Shown here: in pieces, positions 60,426 through 64,000 of the stretch
How the letters are laid out: each line of letters starts with the position of its first letter
Numbering within the stretch: position 1 is the stretch's first letter
DNA from: Longimicrobiales bacterium
GTDB lineage: Bacteria > Gemmatimonadota > Gemmatimonadetes > Longimicrobiales > Gaopeijiaceae
DNA length: 64,000 nt
Direction of reading: 5' to 3'
Assembly (NCBI GenBank): GCA_965204735.1
Contig: OZ242008.1
Coordinates: forward strand, 3,456,001 to 3,520,000
The notes under the pieces: generated by a model
Databases searched by the model: none
The model's input: only the letters and a program-made list of their open reading frames with translations
What the model was told of the DNA's origin: nothing
Position numbers and translations under genes: made by a program

Positions 60426-61250
60426 CTACGGCAACTTGCCCGCCAGCAGCTCGCTGACGGCTTGCGGGTTGTCGGCGTTGAGCCAGTGTCCGCCGGCGAT
60501 CTCGTGGTAGCGAACTCTCCCGACCGCCGCGGCCCGTTGCAGGCGGGCCGTCGCTTCCGCGTCGAAGACGCTGGACCGGGTCGCGACGACGACGTGGACT
60601 TCGGTGTCGGCAGGAGGATTCTCCACCACGTTCCAGGCGTCGGTGCGAAAGTAGTCGCGCAGCAGCGCTTCCATCTCGCTTGGATCCAGCCGCCACGTCC
60701 AGCGTTCCGCGCCGTCCGGGGTCGCGTTGAGCGCCATCCAGGCCGCCACGGCGGGCCGAAAGTCTTCCGCCTCCACCGCCGCCCGCGCGTCGCGGCGACT
60801 GGAGAACGGGCCCGTGCGCCGCAGCACGTCCAGCATCCGCCACGCTGTACCACCCGGCCTCCCGGCGCCCGGCGAAGCGTCGACCAGCCAAAGCTGGCGT
60901 GGCCCGACCCGTCCCATCCGGGCGCGAAGGAGCGCCACCTTGCCTCCGTAGGAGTGTCCCAGCACGGCGTCGGCGCGCAGCCCCAGTCGCTCCTCGAGGT
61001 CGAGGACGTCGCCGGCGCAGGATTCCAGCGAGTGAGGCGGGGAAAAGCCGCTCGACTGCCCGTGGCACCGCATGTCCACCAGCGCCACGCCCCAGTCCGG
61101 CCGTTCGGCCGTCAAGCGTTGCGCCACGGAACGCCAGTTCCGCCCGGAACCGTATATTCCGTGGAGCACCAGCATCAGCTTTTGCGGCGCTGTTCCGGCC
61201 CTTGCCACGACTTCGTGGTGGAGAACGCTCGCAACCGCTTCCGTCGTCAT
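60426..61250 (-). CDS. Alpha/beta hydrolase (YbfF/ABHD11-like)
   Basis: LHGIYGSGRNW, DMRCHG, GHSYGGK and GHWLNADNP. Confidence 0.9.
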   Translation of the reverse strand: MTTEAVASVLHHEVVARAGTAPQKLMLVLHGIYGSGRNWRSVAQRLTAERPDWGVALVDMRCHGQSSGFSPPHSLESCAGDVLDLEERLGLRADAVLGHSYGGKVALLRARMGRVGPRQLWLVDASPGAGRPGGTAWRMLDVLRRTGPFSSRRDARAAVEAEDFRPAVAAWMALNATPDGAERWTWRLDPSEMEALLRDYFRTDAWNVVENPPADTEVHVVVATRSSVFDAEATARLQRAAAVGRVRYHEIAGGHWLNADNPQAVSELLAGKLP

Positions 61251-61313
61251 CGACTTGAAGTTGGCAGGAGCGCCGCGTCGACCAGCCGGGGACCGCCGCC
61301 CGGGCGCGCCTCG

Positions 61314-61700
61314 TCAGGGCAGCTTGCCCCCCGCCTGGAACTTCTTCACGACCGTCCACCCCAGCGCCTCGGTCACGCTGGCGGCAACCCCGGCCCGCAC
61401 CACGTTCCCGTACACCGGAACCCAGCGCAGCAGGATGCTGGAGGCGCTCTTGCCCATGATCCCGCCCAAGGCGGCATACAACGTCGAGCGCACGGCCGAC
61501 TCCGTGTAGGGCACGCCGAACTCGTCGGCCAGGGCCACGATCATGCCCACCTGAAGCGGGGCGATGGCCACGTAGTCGGACCCGGGGATCACCGAAGCCG
61601 CCGCAGCCACGCCGGCAGCCGTGGACGCCGAGTGGATGACGACCGCGCAGCGCCGCTCCTGCTCGGGCACGTACTTCCTGAACTCCTCCTTGAGCTTCAT
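61314..61700 (-). CDS. DUF697/YcjF-like small hydrophobic protein
   Basis: AAASVIPGSD...LQVGMIVALADEFG...WVPVYG...TEALG. Confidence 0.7.
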   Translation of the reverse strand: MKLKEEFRKYVPEQERRCAVVIHSASTAAGVAAAASVIPGSDYVAIAPLQVGMIVALADEFGVPYTESAVRSTLYAALGGIMGKSASSILLRWVPVYGNVVRAGVAASVTEALGWTVVKKFQAGGKLP

Positions 61701-61737
61701 TTCGTTCCTCCGCGTCGGTCTTCCGTGTGTTCGCGCG

Positions 61738-64000
61738 TCAGCTCACCACCGGTGCCCGCCTGGGAAGCACTACGGCGGGCAGCCCCAGTCGTTCCACGGC
61801 GTCGTTGAAGCGCGCGAGCTCGTTGGCCAGCAGGTCCAGGTATCGGGTTCGAACGTCCTCCCACTCCTCCAGCAGGTCCTGGAAACGCTCCATCGTGCCT
61901 TGGTGCGGCGCACCGTCCGCACCTCCCGAAATATAGCCGTCGGCGCCGGTGATCCGTCCGTACAGCTCCAGCCACTGGTTGTCCAGCCGGGGCTCGAAGC
62001 GGATCGGGTCCTGGGGCGACTGGTTCTTGGTCTGCATCAGCTCTTCGGTGACGGCGGTGGACTTGTCGGCGACAGTGTCCGCCAGGGCTTGCAGCTCGCC
62101 GTCCAGCTCGGCCGTGCGCGCCCGCTCCATGACGCTTTCGACCTGCTCCCGGACGGCGGCGAGCGCCTCGACGGCCGCGGTGATGGAGTTGATGGAGTCC
62201 CGAGCCTGCGCGGCGACCCGGAACTGCTCCCGATAGCTGTCCGCCGAGACGTCCGGAACGCGGGGATCGGGCAGCAGCCGGAAGGTCCGTTCGGCAGTTG
62301 CCTCGCCCACCGTCAGGCGCGCCGTATAGAGGCCCGGCGGCGCGACGACGCCCCCGGCGTATCCCCACTGGACCGCCCCTTCCGGAAGCTCGGGGCCCGG
62401 GTAGCTGAAGGTCCAGGCGACTCGGTTCAGCCCGGCTCCCTTGTCGATGTGCTCGACGCCTTCGGCCTCGGCAATGGTCGAGTCGGACGTGAACGTACGT
62501 ACCACTTCGCCTTGAGCGTCCACCACGTCGAGCCGCACTTCTTTCTCCGGCTCGTCGGCCACGTAGTAGTGGATCTGCGCGCCGGCCGGCCGCGGCGCCG
62601 GATTGAGCTCCGAGAGCCCGGCCGGTCCCACGTTGGTGAGCCGGTGGACGTCCTTGGGCGTGAAGAGGTGGGTCCCGGCGGCGACGGCCTCCTCGATCTC
62701 CCGGAGAGGGCTGATGTCGTCGAGAACCCAAAACGAGCGCCCCTGCGTCGACACGATCAGGTCGTCGTGGGCGACGCGCATTCCGGTGATGGGCGTGACG
62801 GGCAGGTTGCGCTGGAAGCTCTGCCAGGAGTCTCCCGCGTCGAAGGACGCAAAGACGCCGAACTCGGTGCCTGCAAAGAGGAGTCCGTCTCGCACCGGGT
62901 CCTCCCGAACGGTGCGCACCGGGTGGTCGTCGGGGATGCCGTTGGTCGCCAGCGTCCACGATGCGCCGTAGTCGTCGGTGCGGAAGACGTAGGGGCGGAA
63001 GTCGTCCATGCGGTACCTCTGCACGGCGACGTACGCGCGGCCGGGCCTGTGGGCCGAGAGCTCGATTTCGTCCACGGTGCCCAGCGGCGGCATCTCGGCA
63101 GGGGTCACCTCCGTCCATTCGACGCCTCCGTCCCGGGTGACGTGAATGCGTCCGTCGTCGCTGCCGGCCCAGATTTCGTCGGGCGCGAAGGCCGACTCGG
63201 CAATTGAGAACACCACGTTGAATATCTCGACCCCGGTGACGTCGGCGTTGATCGGCCCGCCGGACTGCTCCTGATGCTCGGGGTTGTTTGTGGTCAAGTC
63301 GGGACTGATCGTCTCCCAAGTCGCGCCCTCGTCGCGGGAGCGGTTCACGTACTGGGAGCCGTGGTACAAGGTTCGGTGGTCGTGAGCGCTCACCAGCATG
63401 GGCGAGACCCACTGGAAGCGGTGGCGCAGGTCCTTGGCAGCCATGCCGAGCTGAAGCTGGGGGTAGAGCATGATGTTGCGCCGCTGCCCCGTCGACAAGT
63501 CGTACCTGTCCATGACCCCGCCGTAGCACCCCGCATAGACGACGTGGGGCCGATCCGGGTCGAGGGCCACCGGCCCGGTCTCGCATCCGCCGACGTTTTG
63601 CCAGTGCTGCTTCGGGTACAACGTGTTCACGTCGGACCAAGCCGGCACGGAGATCGTCGTATTGTCCTGCTGAGCGCCGTACAGGCGGTAGGGGAAGCCG
63701 TTGTCCACGATCACGTCGTAGAGTTCGGCGGTGGGCTGGTTGAAGTAGGTAGACCAGCTCTCGCCGCCGTTGACGGTGACTTGTGCGCCGCCGTCGTTGG
63801 CCACGACCATGCGGGCCGGGTCGGACGGATGAATCCACAGGTCGTGCACGTCGCCGTGAGGCACCGCAATCGACTCGAAGGTCGTTCCGCCGTCCACGGA
63901 CCGGTACAGTCCCGTGTTGAGCGCGTAGACGGTGTTCGGATCGACGGGATCGGCCTGCACGTGCGTGTAGTACCAAGCGCGCTGCCGCAGCCTGTTTTCG
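61738..64000 (-). CDS. VPS10/sortilin-like BNR-repeat glycosyl hydrolase; 5' end outside the window
   Basis: Asp-box repeats (RSVDGG, TVNGGESW, SRDEGATW, TRDGGVEW, TDDYGASW, SFDAGDSW); the frame stays open to the window end (ENRLRQRAWYYTHV). Confidence 0.88.
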   Translation of the reverse strand, partial: ENRLRQRAWYYTHVQADPVDPNTVYALNTGLYRSVDGGTTFESIAVPHGDVHDLWIHPSDPARMVVANDGGAQVTVNGGESWSTYFNQPTAELYDVIVDNGFPYRLYGAQQDNTTISVPAWSDVNTLYPKQHWQNVGGCETGPVALDPDRPHVVYAGCYGGVMDRYDLSTGQRRNIMLYPQLQLGMAAKDLRHRFQWVSPMLVSAHDHRTLYHGSQYVNRSRDEGATWETISPDLTTNNPEHQEQSGGPINADVTGVEIFNVVFSIAESAFAPDEIWAGSDDGRIHVTRDGGVEWTEVTPAEMPPLGTVDEIELSAHRPGRAYVAVQRYRMDDFRPYVFRTDDYGASWTLATNGIPDDHPVRTVREDPVRDGLLFAGTEFGVFASFDAGDSWQSFQRNLPVTPITGMRVAHDDLIVSTQGRSFWVLDDISPLREIEEAVAAGTHLFTPKDVHRLTNVGPAGLSELNPAPRPAGAQIHYYVADEPEKEVRLDVVDAQGEVVRTFTSDSTIAEAEGVEHIDKGAGLNRVAWTFSYPGPELPEGAVQWGYAGGVVAPPGLYTARLTVGEATAERTFRLLPDPRVPDVSADSYREQFRVAAQARDSINSITAAVEALAAVREQVESVMERARTAELDGELQALADTVADKSTAVTEELMQTKNQSPQDPIRFEPRLDNQWLELYGRITGADGYISGGADGAPHQGTMERFQDLLEEWEDVRTRYLDLLANELARFNDAVERLGLPAVVLPRRAPVVS

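Overview
A high-GC bacterial window; the gene content (DUF5916, VPS10-type glycosyl hydrolase, many lipoproteins, GSIII) suggests Gemmatimonadota, which is inference. Housekeeping genes (thiC, type III glutamine synthetase, aconitase X pair, multicopper oxidase, hydrolases) are interleaved with many accessory and defence modules. The left end is the 5' part of a class 1 DISARM-type locus (drmD, an extra 150-aa ORF, drmMI running off the window), preceded by a low-GC TIR-STAND ATPase gene and a divergent XRE-ImmA/IrrE regulator. Other modules are a type III R-M system, a MunI-like REase with an MT-A70 MTase, a PIN pair, an orphan hipA, and an IS1202-like element with a 17-bp target duplication. 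The best candidates for undescribed systems are (i) a two-gene cassette at 20010-23460 encoding a STAND-like ATPase with an unrecognised ~410-aa N-terminus and a 340-aa unknown partner, and (ii) an IS-disrupted Ig/HExxH protein followed by three mosaic, diversifying tandem copies of a secreted helical protein (34374-38710). A motif GGGGAACC-N16-GTA, resembling an ECF-sigma promoter, occurs four times, always upstream of duplicated secreted or lipoprotein genes. I found no tRNA, rRNA or CRISPR array. All family calls come from motifs read by eye; no database search was run.
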